This document shows positions 26,820 to 39,350 of a stretch of DNA of 64,000 nucleotides, in pieces. The DNA lies in contig NC_043004.1 in assembly GCF_006345805.1 (NCBI RefSeq), positions 22,072,001-22,136,000 of the forward strand. Reading direction: 5' to 3'. The position numbers and the translations under genes were made by a program. Within the stretch, counting starts at the first letter, position 1; every line of letters begins with the position of its first letter. Source of the DNA: Octopus sinensis (Eukaryota). Under the pieces are notes generated by a model. It was not told the origin of the DNA, did not search any database, and saw nothing but the letters and a program-made list of their open reading frames with translations.

Positions 26820-27142
26820 CATTTGAACATAACTGCGAATATAATAGGCCGAACTACTCGTGTTTTTGACTTCGTGCTAATATCTGACGTGCAATTCGAC
26901 AAATTATATCTATGACGAATCTCACTGAGGATCTGTAGATTTATTGTGTAAGTAAAATTGCATAATTTATTATCAGTGAAACAATTGTCTGGGGTTAATC
27001 TATATTTTGTTATTCTTCATTTGTCCTGCTCGCTTACGTTCATAGTTGTGGTAAACTTTTCTTGAGAACCATTCTTAGTGGTTGAGACGATTACGGATCT
27101 ATTTTTAGCGTTAGAGCGTTCACATAGTGGATTCTCTCTCAT
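26820..27142 (+). mobile_element. Second, diverged copy of the 10053-10598 hammerhead element
   Basis: Reverse-complement similarity to ~10053-10380; ends next to a TG/TA/GA microsatellite. Confidence 0.8.
26918..26996 (+). ncRNA. Type I hammerhead ribozyme with palindromic stem III
   Basis: aatctca-CTGAGGA-tctg...cagt-GAAAC-aatt-GTC-tggggtt; 7-bp stem I with G:U pairs, ACAATTGT palindrome, GUC at 26987-26989. Confidence 0.78.
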
Positions 27143-27163
27143 ATTTGTGTATGTATATATATA

Positions 27164-27217
<54 letters not shown>

Positions 27218-27442
27218 GGGGAGTTCACAGATGAGAGCTAGATATTCTCCATATGGAAAAGACTTAGTAGTGCTTAGACTCCGGTGTCTTTACAGAGGAT
27301 CATTCCACAGGCAAACAAAGGTTATAAGAGAGATCGAACTGAGCGGGTATAGAAGCGAATATGCGGATAGACAAATTAGACACATGGAATATATTAAATA
27401 TATTTGAGCTGTCTAATTTATTTATCAGCATAATAGCTTTTA

Positions 27443-27572
27443 TACACACACATACACACACATATAAATATGCATATATATGCATATGTATATATATATA
27501 TATATATAATATATATATATATACACACATATATATATATACATATATATATACGCACATACATATATATAT

Positions 27573-27606
<34 letters not shown>

Positions 27607-27752
27607 CACATATGTATATATATATATAAATACATGTATATATATATATATAAACACACAAATACATATATATGCACACGCATACATATACAAAGATACA
27701 TATGCATATATATATATGCATATATATGAGTGTATGTATGTGTACACACACA
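27443..27752. repeat. (TA)n/(CA)n low-complexity tract
   Basis: Directly visible; source of the YI-rich ORFs. Confidence 0.95.
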
Positions 27753-28996
27753 ATGCTATCATTACCTTGTATATACATACGTATATTCATGTAATCTATA
27801 TCATCATGTTTATTACTATGTTCGAAAACATTTGGCACATTTAATATTCTCTACATAGAAACGCTGACTCTGATGTCATGACGCCATCATAAACACTCAC
27901 ACAGTTACACAGGCATACAATCACAAACATACATAGAAAAACTTAGTGCGTCGATAATGGAGTTATGCATCAATATATTTTGAGAGGATTATTTTTACTG
28001 AATGATAGTTATGGAGACTCACCAACATGCTGTCAAGTTTTTGTATGAAAGATACTATGATCTTAGCACATCTATGGCAGTCATATTCACGGTGCGTGTG
28101 TGTATGTGTGGATGTTGTTTGTGTGTGTGTTCTCTATGGGAACAACTCTGTAATTTATAATATAATCAATCTGAATTTTCGTTATTACCCAAATTATGCA
28201 TGCCAGTAAATTGTAAATAATAACGTAAAAGAACATGTGAATGTTCATTCTGTTATTCATATTTGCATTTGCGACTCACACTTTCATTGAGCTGTTATTC
28301 ACATTACAAAAAAGGCAATATATTGCATTATCTCTTGCATAAATAACTTCTAGAAACCTCTCGTGTTTCCATTTCAAATATCATAAGTCGCTTTAAAAGC
28401 CTTCTCTTCAAAACTGAGCTAATACAAATTGCCACACATTCTTGCACAATATTTTAATGCTTTTGTACTGACTATCCGTAAATCGTATTGATTTATTCAG
28501 ATGGAAAGGGACGTGAGAGATAGAGATAGAGTAGAGATACAACGGAATTATAGTGGGACAGGGAAAAATGGGATGATAGCGATAGAGCATTGTTTGCTGC
28601 AAAATCCACCGGCGACAAATAGAATTTTATCAGTAACCTACAGTTCAGACTGCCGTGGGTGCCAGATCAATTCCTTCAATGTTAACCGTTCATTGATGAC
28701 AAAATATTTTTACTCTATCATTATAAAGAAAGCATGGTACCACATCCATTTAAATATAAGTTTCTTGTCATATAGTGAAAAGAAATGTGGATCTGAAATG
28801 CATATATATATATATCAGACCACAAACACAAGACAAGATGGTTTTAATTGTACTAGAAGGCCATAAAAAGAGTAATGATTACTGCCCAACAATTCTTCCC
28901 GAACTGATATTCAGTTTTACATTACCATTGGACAGACGATCGGTTACATGAAACTGAGTAACCGTGTGTGAAAATATTTTCTCCCTTAATAAAACG

Positions 28997-29071
<75 letters not shown>

Positions 29072-29080
29072 TATATATAT

Positions 29081-29284
29081 GAGATGCAGCACGGACTTTG
29101 TCAGTGAACAGGTCGCGGATTTTAGCGACGAAAATATTTTGACAAATTAAACTTAAATGTTGGAGTGAATCGAACGGCTTTTGTGTGTTTCTTAAATGGC
29201 TTATAAACACCTTCCACGCTGCAATTGTTTTCGTTTCAGCACACGATCTCAGATCAAATTACTTGCTATGCGAGTACATCTCCG

Positions 29285-29286
<2 letters not shown>
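29081..29286. mobile_element. ~205-bp unique-looking insert inside (TA)n, possibly MITE-like
   Basis: Pure TA arrays on both sides; short inverted ends GAGATG / CATCTC. Confidence 0.4.
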
Positions 29287-29362
<76 letters not shown>

Positions 29363-29602
29363 GGGACAGAGATGGAAACGAAAATTCGATTAGAAGGATT
29401 TCCATCTCTTCATTGTTCTTTTGAATATCAGTAGTACGTGAGAAGCTTTTCAGTTCTGCTTGGACCCGAAACCCTTAGGTGTACATGATACAATGCTTGG
29501 GACATTTCGCAGCTGGTTATATGTATATGTATGTCTACATATTTATGTGTGCGTATATATGGTATGTGTGTGAGTATAGATACATATATATATATATATA
29601 TA

Positions 29603-29642
<40 letters not shown>

Positions 29643-29732
29643 GTGTGTATGTATATATATATGTGTGTATGTATATATATATATATATATATATGTGTGT
29701 ATGTATATATATATATGTGTACGTATATATAT

Positions 29733-29779
<47 letters not shown>

Positions 29780-29985
29780 ACCTCGTCTGTATCACTAGCG
29801 ATTTTTTTCCCTTGTCTTCCTTCTCGGGATCTTTCCTTCTTCTATGTTTCCGACGAAGAGCTCCGCTCGAAACGTCAAACCCTCCTTCTTCCCTTCTTTC
29901 CTGAGCGTCCAATAATACTTTATTTGTTCCACGTCCTTGCGTTGTTGTTTTTTTGTTTTTGTTTTCTTGTTTTGATTAACTTTAT
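29780..29985 (+). mobile_element. PLE pLTR-like remnant with minimal hammerhead (family C)
   Basis: gttt-CCGACGA-a-gagc tcc gctc-GAAAC-GTC-aaac at 29846-29880; microsatellite-flanked. Confidence 0.75.
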
Positions 29986-29992
29986 ATATATA

Positions 29993-30163
29993 GGCGCAGG
30001 AGTGGCTGTGTGGTAGGTAGCTTGTCTACCAACCACATGGTTCTGGGTTCAGTCCCACTGCGTGGCACCTTGGGCAAGCGTCTTCTACTATAGCCTCGGG
30101 CCGACCAAAGCCTTGTGAGTGGATTTGGTAGACGGAAACTGAAAGAAGCCCGTCGTATATATG

Positions 30164-30198
<35 letters not shown>

Positions 30199-30416
30199 TT
30201 GTGTGTCTGTGTTTGTCCCCTAGCATTGCTTGACAACCGATGCTGGTGTGTTTATGTCCCCGTTACTTAGCGGTTCGGCAAAAAGAGACCGATAGAATAA
30301 GTACTGGGCTTACAAAAGAATAAGTCCCGAGGTCGAGTTGCTCGATTAAAGGTGGTGCTCCAGCATGGCCGCAGTCAAATGACTGAAACAAGTAAAAGAG
30401 TAAAGAGTAAAAGAGT
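29993..30416 (+). mobile_element. Full-length SINE family A
   Basis: tRNA head through the (TAAAAGAG)n-like tail; TA repeats on both sides. Confidence 0.93.
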
Positions 30417-32899
30417 ATATATATATAATGTAATACGCGCTCAAGGATAGAGAAATCAAGGTACTCACTACGATGTCAAAGTTCTAACATTTTCGAGAAA
30501 TTTTCAATAAATATGCACTGATTAGAAAGACGAATCTTGGAGTAACAGCTAGTGGAATGTTAGGCTTTCAAATCTCGCCGAGATCAACTTTGTCTTTACT
30601 GAATTCAAGATTCGTTAAAAGAAACTTATATCTATCTACAGAAATACCCTCAAATCTATTTTTGTCTTATATTCAATCTTTCCGCTTTCCTCTGCAAGAA
30701 ATTCACTGAGGTCAAACTTGAAGGAGGATGACCTTCAGCGGTTATGAAGGTAACATAGGTGCATCGTGGTCATTCTATCAATGACACGACGGTCTAAGGG
30801 AACTACACACATATATATCTATATAGGTATGTGTGCATGTATTTACATATGTACGTGTGTATGAATGTATGAAAATATATAATGATTTATAATTCCCTGT
30901 CGATGACCAAGACTCGAAAAGCCCGTTGTACGAACTATGAAATAATAAAAATATGGCACGCTTCATTTGTATTTTCTATTATCGTCTGTTTGTGAAAATA
31001 ATCAACTTTAGTCAAATGGATTTCACTAATGTCGATACGGGTGTGTATTCGTAAATTTTTCCCCTTCTTTGTTGTTTTCGAACGTGAAAATTAACTCATT
31101 AACAAAACAAAATATATAGATATATAGCAACTAAGGATGTATTTATATATTTAGGTTTCTGTGCAATGAGTAACAAGTTTGTGTTACAATTATTCTGTCG
31201 TTGTGATATCAGTGAATTTATTTGAAGAATTATTTTATTACTTAATATTTCATTGCAGTTTTTTAACTTTGCTTTTTACTCCTACCTCTAATAATAGATC
31301 CCTTTCTCAGTTCCTGCAACTTGTAATTCAATGCTGTTTTGATAATATAGTGAAAAGTACCTCCATAATGTAGCTATAACATTCTTTTCATCGCAAACGT
31401 TAGCGATGTAACTATTTAATGTGATTATCAGAGATTCAATAAATTCATATATTTACATTCTGTTAATGGTGCTGCAGAACTGAGATCTGAAACAAATATT
31501 TTATGCTGTATTTTATTGAAATCTTTTTTTTTCTTTCTGTCATAAAGACATTATCTGATAAACGTATTACTGTCTGATTGCATGAGAAAGTTCCATTTTC
31601 TAGAAAGAATATTCTGTCATCTAAAGAAATGATTTCTATCGAAATGACATGCGTTCAATAAGCTGTTTTTATGGTTGTTACTCTATACCAGAATATATCA
31701 TCTCTCCAACCTTATATCTCCTTTATCACTGAACAAAAATACAAGTATAATGAGGTGTTGACCTTAATTTCGAAATGTAGGATTGAATTATGGGGAAAGA
31801 TATTGAGCATAAATTTGACATTATTTGAATATCATTATTTTTTTTTTATGATGATGTTTCAGAAAAAAAAAAAGAAAAAGAAATCTCTGCAGGATAACCC
31901 ACTTTCTTGGGAAAATTGATGGATTGTATTGTAAGGGGCTAGTATTGATATAATAAAACAACTCCTTTGCATAATTTATAGCTGGAGTATTTTATCGAAA
32001 TTAATTTTTATAAGATAACTCATGTATTATCTTGCATGTGAAATTTCACTCAATATGCATTTAAAATTTAGTCTTAAAAATTCGATATTTGATATTAAGA
32101 TATTTAATGAATTTAATATTCCTAAAAGTTTGTATTATAAAGAAGGATGTTCGAATAATGAAATATAGTTAAAGTAAGAATTGTCATCAGATAACTGAAC
32201 TTCCAAACTAGATTTGATAGATATATGAGTGAAAAAGTTATTCCAACTCAGATATTGTTTTAAATTTTAATAAACTTCAGTTGCTACTTGTTTTTTGTTT
32301 TACAAAATATATTTGGAAATGCTTGAATAAATAAATTTTCTATTATTGATATTTGAAGAAATATCCCTATAGAAACATATTCAAATGAACCGATGTATGC
32401 TTTCAACACATACGCGTACATGAATATATAGTTATATGCATACATATATACATATCTGAGCATGCGAATGTACGCACGTGTAATATATCCGTGAATTTTT
32501 AAACGTACCATCTGTCACTCACTTAGATAACACACACTCACACACAGATCGATCAGAGTCTTAAGAAGCTATGTTTTAAATCATTAAAGTGGTGTATATT
32601 AGACTAAGAAAACTGATTTTAAAATAAGTACTGGGGAATTTTTCTCTTGTGTGTATATATAATAACGTAAGGCTAACGATACCAATGTACTGAATTTACA
32701 TTAAGTATACAGCGTTCCACCTTTACTGTGCTGTCTAATACACACATTTGCAGATGTGCCATATGGTGCACAACATAGCATCATTAATGGAATAAGAACT
32801 CTTCCATCATTGTTTAATTTTCTTATATCTTATCACCTTCTCCAACAGGAATCGCTTAATTAGACATTCAAATATAAGAACCTAAATGTAGCCATGCTT

Positions 32900-33057
32900 A
32901 TTCTTTCTGTGTTTATTCTCTCTTATTCCTTTTTGTTGAAGAGCGGAAGTTCGAAACGTAAAAGGCTTTCTCACTTTCCCGATCGTCAAACTAATACACC
33001 TGGTGTTTGTTCTACACCTGTATTCGTCTTTTGTTTTATACTGTAAATTTCAACTAA
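32900..33057 (+). mobile_element. Family C pLTR-like remnant, degenerate hammerhead
   Basis: cttt-TTGTTGA-a-gagc ggaa gttc-GAAAC-GTA-aaag (32929-32964); downstream AAACTAATACAC...TTTGTT...ACACCTG shared with the 43.0 and 53.7 kb copies. Confidence 0.6.
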
Positions 33058-33828
33058 TATGCTCCCTTGTTAAACATCATTAACTGTCCCTTGTAATCAT
33101 TTGAGGCAGATACCCATTTTTAAGATAAGATATTCTGATGGATATCAACAACTTTCTATGAGGCGCCGAAAAAATATTTCCGACATTCCCGTTCTGAGAA
33201 AAAATAATGCGTGCATTTTTCCTTAATTTGTTGTTTGAAATTCGGATGTCCATAGAAATGGATTGTATGTTTAGCTATGAATAATGCTTTCATTTATTAT
33301 GAATAATTATTCATCACCGTCAAGTGTTCTACCTAGTAGTAGCCTAATGTCTAAAGAACTCACATATAATGAGGTTTCTGAAAGGCGGTTGTGTGTCTTA
33401 TTCCGTTTTGATTGAATGTCTTTTAATTGATAACTACACAATCATATAATTCTAGAGTTATTTATGGCTCGTTTTTGAGTCTTACTGTGCAAGCCTTCGA
33501 CACAAAAAGCTATCAGTCGTCGTGATCATGGTAGTGTGGTAGTGTTGTTGTGATTATGTATGGTAACGAGGGTTATTGACGACGTAGTTTCAGTCATTGT
33601 ATTTCCTGTATTGAGATGTAAACATCTACTCTCTCATTGAGGGTGCTCAGTTCACTTGACATATGACTATATATCTTCCAAATCATATCGTGTCGTTTTG
33701 AAAAGAGGTTACCATGAACAATGTGTTGTTAAGTATGTTATTTCAGAATCAAATAAATAAACACGGAGGGCAATCACAGCTGCAATGCTTTTTGATAAAA
33801 TGTGTACTTCATCAAATTCGTCAGAAGA

Positions 33829-33987
33829 TTATACAATAACAGTAGCAAATTCTGTTCTAGATTTTTGTAAACAATCATTATCGATAAATTTGTTTGTATT
33901 TAATTTACAATCCATTAACTTTGTTAGTTCTTTTGACATTACAAGCAGATTCATATCATTTTCATTGTAATTATTCTTTTCTTCCCC
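33829..33987 (-). CDS. Candidate exon 2 of a putative 73-aa spliced small ORF
   Basis: After cattag acceptor, phase-0 frame GEEKNNYNENDMNLLVMSKELTKLMDCKLNTNKFIDNDCLQKSRTEFATVIV-stop; no recognised homology. Confidence 0.25.
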   Translation of the reverse strand, partial: GEEKNNYNENDMNLLVMSKELTKLMDCKLNTNKFIDNDCLQKSRTEFATVIV

Positions 33988-34073
33988 CTAATGTGCAATG
34001 ATTTCAGTGTAAGTTGATTATGTGTTAAATATTCGAATCCTAAAAGCTGTGATGATAAGATGTTTAATCTCAC

Positions 34074-34136
34074 CCGTTTTGGGATTGTAGGAGAAATCAC
34101 CGTCATCGCTAAATCTTGCGTTGAATAAGCATCCAT
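34074..34136 (-). CDS. Candidate exon 1 (coding part) of the same putative small ORF
   Basis: MDAYSTQDLAMTVISPTIPKR ending at CGG|GTGAGA donor; upstream acceptor TTTTTCGTACAG at 34195. Confidence 0.25.
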
Positions 34137-34945
34137 ATAGATAATTCATCCTGTGTTGTTTTGCGTTTATTTACGCATATCTCTGCCGATAAATCTGTAC
34201 GAAAAACCACTTTATATAAAGCAATAATCATATTGTTGATATTACTTGTGTATTGATTTCTCTTTGATGTGAAAGATATTTCGGAGCAGGCTTTTGTGCT
34301 TGATGAAACATTCCCAATGAATAATATATCAGTGTAGTTGGCTAAATTTCGTGGAAATTAATTGTATCTAGTACTGTTATCTAAAATCAAAATTGTGCGC
34401 AAATTCAATTGCCTACATGACAGCAGTCAATATATCGCGTTTAATATGATTCCCTAAATATGATTCCTCTTAATATTCAAAATAGTATTAAGATAAAAAA
34501 AGTAGCAATCTGGAAGATATTCAGTTAAAAAAGGAATACATTTCTTCTAGATATCTAATATTCAAAGTATTCTACAATGTAGCCGGGTCACAATTTTTAA
34601 ACTAAATTTACATTAGTGCTTAGATACCATTATTGGTGCTTAGACAAGAGAATCATTAAATAGATTGGGCAAATACGTTTATGTCTGAGTCCACATAACA
34701 CTCATCTGCTTTGGCTTTTACACCTGCGATGCCGATCACATAAGGATTAGGATGGAGAGAGTTAATATAATGGACTCTACTATAGATTATTTTCCAGTAA
34801 CCAGCATAGGAATTGAAAAATACAACTGATCTCAACCTAATCTATTTGGTGTTTATCTCCGTCTACTTTGCATATCTTTAGATATGTGTCATCTTTGTTT
34901 AGCTGCATTGCTTACTAGGTTAGAAAATATATTAATGAAACATAC

Positions 34946-35967
34946 TGAGATGGTCAAAAACACATTCGATTATCGCCGACAGTAAACTCTAATACGTAGC
35001 TAACTTTAGTCTATCCCATGCACATGTTAGATGATTGACACATGAACACAGTTCGAGGTGAAATTAAGATGAGACGTTGTAGCTTGTATGCTACACTCTG
35101 AAAATGGAGAACCAAAACTAACTTTATCGAAACATATATTTTTTAACATTATGGAAACTTGTATATTTTTTTAAGCAACGGAAACATGCAGGATAATATG
35201 CATAGTGTATAGAAAGGATGCTGTTGCGGAACGTGTGTGTCTGAATTGATTTCCAAGATTTCAATTTGGAATTTTCCGCTTCAAAACAGACGTCAATCTG
35301 GCCGGCCATCTGAGATTAATAGCGACATTCAACTGAATGATGTTAATCTCATCTGCGGTTCTTTGCAAAAAACGTGGAAAAGACGAAACTTGTTTGAAGA
35401 GAATGATCGCAGGGGACAAAGAAATAGATTGTGTATAAGAATGTAAACTGCAAAAGGTAACGGAAGAAGCCAGGCAAACTATCACCAACAAATCTCAAAG
35501 GGGATAACACCTGAAGAGCGCTCTGCTTTCAAGTTGGCGAGAATGGAAGGGTGTTGCTTTTTTTTAGATAGATTAAACGCAGCGATCTACTCGAAGCCTC
35601 CAGTATGTGCTGATCGTAAATGCATTATCTTTCTTCGCGACCCTGTCAAATCGCACACTTCTTTCCAGACTCCTGGGAAGTTACTGGGGCTTGGCTGAGA
35701 AGTTTTGTCACACTGACCATAATGAACTGAGCTTGTGCCTTCAGATTTATACCTGTTTCGGTCTTTTAAAAATACATCATATTAGCAAACTTTCAACACT
35801 TAAGTGGGTGTAATAATTCAGCTAAAAGACAAATTCTTTGAGAAGGAAATAATGGATCTGCACACAAGCTAGTGGAAGGTAGTGGAATGAAACGGCAATT
35901 AAACCATTTAAAACCTAGGTTCTTATTTTCGCATAGAAAACCAAACGAACTTTTTTAGCCAACTGTA
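34946..35967 (+). mobile_element. Heavily decayed mariner element
   Basis: WNFPLQNRRQSGRPSEI (mariner EDxxRSGRP-like), WRRNLFEENDRRGQ region, right TIR-like CCAAACGAACTTTTTTAGCCAAC; left end uncertain. Confidence 0.6.
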
Positions 35968-37140
35968 TTCAATAATAATATAATAATAATACACGGGCCA
36001 ATTTTGAAGAGAACTATGCTAGAGATGTATTAGAATGAAATTTAGGTAAGTTATAAAATTAAAGTTTTATTATACAGCTTAAAACTTGTTACAAATGACC
36101 TACGATATTAAGTTGTTACATTTTATATCTCCTTGTTCATGGAATGTCCAAAAATATTTTTTGATTCTTCTTGTAGATCAGCTAACAAATTTTCAGTATA
36201 TATTATTTATATTTTGTACTGTCTCATAATAAGAATTTTGAATTAATTTTTCCTTGTTTCATTGTAAATATATTCCTTCTGCGAAGACGAGTTATATATT
36301 TGATAAACGTGTTCGAAAATTATTAGGGTTATTTTCCTTGCTGTTTATAGCTAAACAAGAAAGCGTTTGCATTCTCAATATGCTAAATTAAATTTCCTTG
36401 TCGAATATACATAATTGGATATTTACATCTGCATGGAGTCAGTGAGTTTGATATAAAAACAGATATATGAATATATTATTTGTATTTTAATGTTTCTTAT
36501 AAAACTTTCATGTTTCATGATATTATCATTTAATACAACATCAGAAAAATGGCTTACGGTGTTTGGTTACGCGCCTGCTGTTTTGATTATGAATCGTGTC
36601 AGGGTCAGCTTTAGCTTTTATTGTTCTGGTATGGATAAAATAAGTAGAAAAGTGGTTGAGGCAATATAATACACAATTCCCATCCTTCAAATATGTACCT
36701 TCTGGAAGTAAAAACATAGAAATTAGGTAAACCCCAGCCTATCTACATGTTCTCTTCTGTTTATATTATGCACACACACACACACACACACACACATACG
36801 TGTGTCTTTGTGCTTGCATGCGTTCGTGTGTAAGTTCGTATGTATACGCATTTAATTGAGGAAAGGGAGTAAAACCATTATCAAAGTAATCGAAAGTTAT
36901 AAAACGTTGCCATTGAAAAGTAATCTCTTTTCTTTGTCTTCTTTATGTGAATAATATTTACGTAATTTCTCTGAAGTTATAATAGATATATCCAATTTGT
37001 TATGGAAAACTAATAGGGTGGATATAACGATGTATAATGACAAAGGAAGCGGCAATTAAGGTAATCGTATTTGATGTAGGTGGTAGAGATTAAAATGCTG
37101 AAAATGAATAATAAATAAACATTTCAAAGGCTTTTTGGAG

Positions 37141-37179
<39 letters not shown>

Positions 37180-37199
37180 TATATATAAGTATATAATAA

Positions 37200-37671
37200 T
37201 ATTAGGGAGTATGGCTCCAAACTTACAGGGAAAAATTAGATTTAGTATTAAATCAAATTTCACAGTATAAATATATAAAATATGAATTAGAGACAAAACC
37301 ACTATTAGGCAACTCAAACAGTGGTAGACATAAACCAATACATAAATAACAAATGATATAAATATAATTAATATAATATATATATATATATATATAAATT
37401 GTTTCCAAAATATATAAAAGAATGATAAATATAATATAAGTAAAAACACTACGTACGTTTCATGGCTGAAACGTACGTAGTGTTTTTACTTATTATGTTA
37501 TATTTATCATTCTTTTTATACTTTTGGGGAAAAACATTTATATATATATATTATTATATTATATATTATATTAATTATATTTATATTATTTGTTATTTAT
37601 GTATTGGTTTATGTCTATCACTGTTTGAGTTGCCTAATAGTGGTTATATCTCTAATTCACATTTTATATAT
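37200..37671. mobile_element. AT-rich palindrome (~190-bp arms, 4-nt spacer) centred on the 3' half of a hammerhead
   Basis: ...CACTACGTACGTTTCA-tggc-TGAAACGTACGTAGTG...; arms ~37271-37462 and 37467-37671; (TA)n on both sides. Confidence 0.8.
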
Positions 37672-37829
37672 ATGTATACATATATATATAGATATATGTA
37701 TGTATGTATGTATATATGTATGTATGTATGTATATATATGTATGTATGTATATATATATGTATGTATGCATATATATGTATTATGTATGTATATATATGT
37801 ATGTATGTATGTATATATATGTATGTATG

Positions 37830-37860
<31 letters not shown>

Positions 37861-37869
37861 GTATGTATG

Positions 37870-37902
<33 letters not shown>

Positions 37903-37905
37903 ATG

Positions 37906-37937
<32 letters not shown>

Positions 37938-38396
37938 CATATGTATGTATGTATATAAATATAAGTATGTGTGTATATATATATGTATGTTTGTATGTAT
38001 GTATATATATGTATGTATGTATATATGTATGTATATATATATACGTATATATATGTATATATATATATGTATATATATGTATGTATATATATATGTATAT
38101 ATATATATATATTATATGTATGTATGTATATATATATGTATGTATGTATGTATGTATATATATATATATGTATGTATGTATATATGTATGTATGTATATA
38201 AATATAAGTATGTATGTATATATATATATATGTATGTTTGTATGTATGTATATATATGTATGTATGTATGTATATATATATACGTATATATATGTATATA
38301 TATATGTATATATATGTATGTATGTATATATATATGTATATGTATATATATATATGTATGTATGTATGTATATATATATGTATGTATGTATGTATG

Positions 38397-38429
<33 letters not shown>

Positions 38430-38518
38430 ATAAATATAAGTATGTATGTATGTATATATATGTATGTTTGTATGTATGTATATATATGTATGTATATATG
38501 TATGTATATATATATACG

Positions 38519-38551
<33 letters not shown>

Positions 38552-38633
38552 GTATGTATGTATAGGTATATGTATATATATGTATGTATATATATGTGTA
38601 TGTATGTATGTATATATATATACATATATATAG

Positions 38634-38685
<52 letters not shown>
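37672..38685. repeat. 1-kb (TA)n/(TATG)n tract with ~240-bp higher-order repeat, ending in (TG)n
   Basis: Landmark GTATATAAATATAAGTATGT at 37951, 38194 and 38426. Confidence 0.93.
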
Positions 38686-38687
<2 letters not shown>

Positions 38688-38863
38688 GTATATTGCGAGG
38701 ATAATCTGGTTCTTGACTGAAGATAGAAAACTTCTAATGGCTCGCCCTTGTTTTCTTTGTATCGTCTATCCGGTTGTTTTGTTGTCCCTTTTTGTATCAC
38801 CTAGTTGTCCAGATGTTTTGCGTTCTTGTCCCATTTTGTATTTTATGTATATATCTATGTTAC

Positions 38864-39350
38864 GTCAGGTCACTTTCGAGTGCTACTGGTAACATGTAAT
38901 CCAGTACAACCCGATGCATGGTCGGGTCGTCGGCAACTAAAACGGCAACCCCGCCAAGCCTGCTTGGTGAGGAGGGTGTTTATTGGACACACTGTGGAAT
39001 GAAAAACAAAACCCGTTAAAGGGCGGAGGAACTCTTGACAGTCAACTGCCATCCAATAAATATCTTAAGGCTGTATCATGCACGGGGACATAGAAATAAT
39101 CGGACTGAATACCCGATCGTGCGGTTAAGCCATTGGGAGTGAAGGACTCCTAGCCTTTGTTAGGGCATCCTTCTAGGAGAAGGTAACTCAGGTAACTGGG
39201 ATAACTCCGACATAAGACCTGCGGCTCAGTGGTTACCGATGATGTTGACTTGTTCTTCTTTTCGGATTATGGCTGCTGTTGCTTAGTGAGGGGGATTGAC
39301 TCAGTGCACAGCGTTTCATCACTTTAAAAAAATCTTGCACAGGCATTGCA
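38864..39350 (+). mobile_element. Probable RTE-clade LINE 5' UTR fragment
   Basis: GC-richer island with GGGCATCCTTCTAGGAGAAGGTAACTC and TTTAAAAAAATCTTGCACAGGC, resembling RTE 5' UTR motifs as I recall them; no ORF follows. Confidence 0.45.

Noticed and set aside
37462-38800. Long ORFs of 320-370 aa, and similar YI/VC/HT-rich ORFs at 3.2-4.3, 27.3-27.8, 29.4-30.0, 53.3-53.7 and 56.6-57.1 kb
   Set aside because: Translations of stop-free (TA)n, (TATG)n and (GATA)n repeats, not genes
38686-38860. Microsatellite-flanked island containing CTGAAGA
   Set aside because: Probably a repeat fragment, but no GAAAC/NUH with pairing stems
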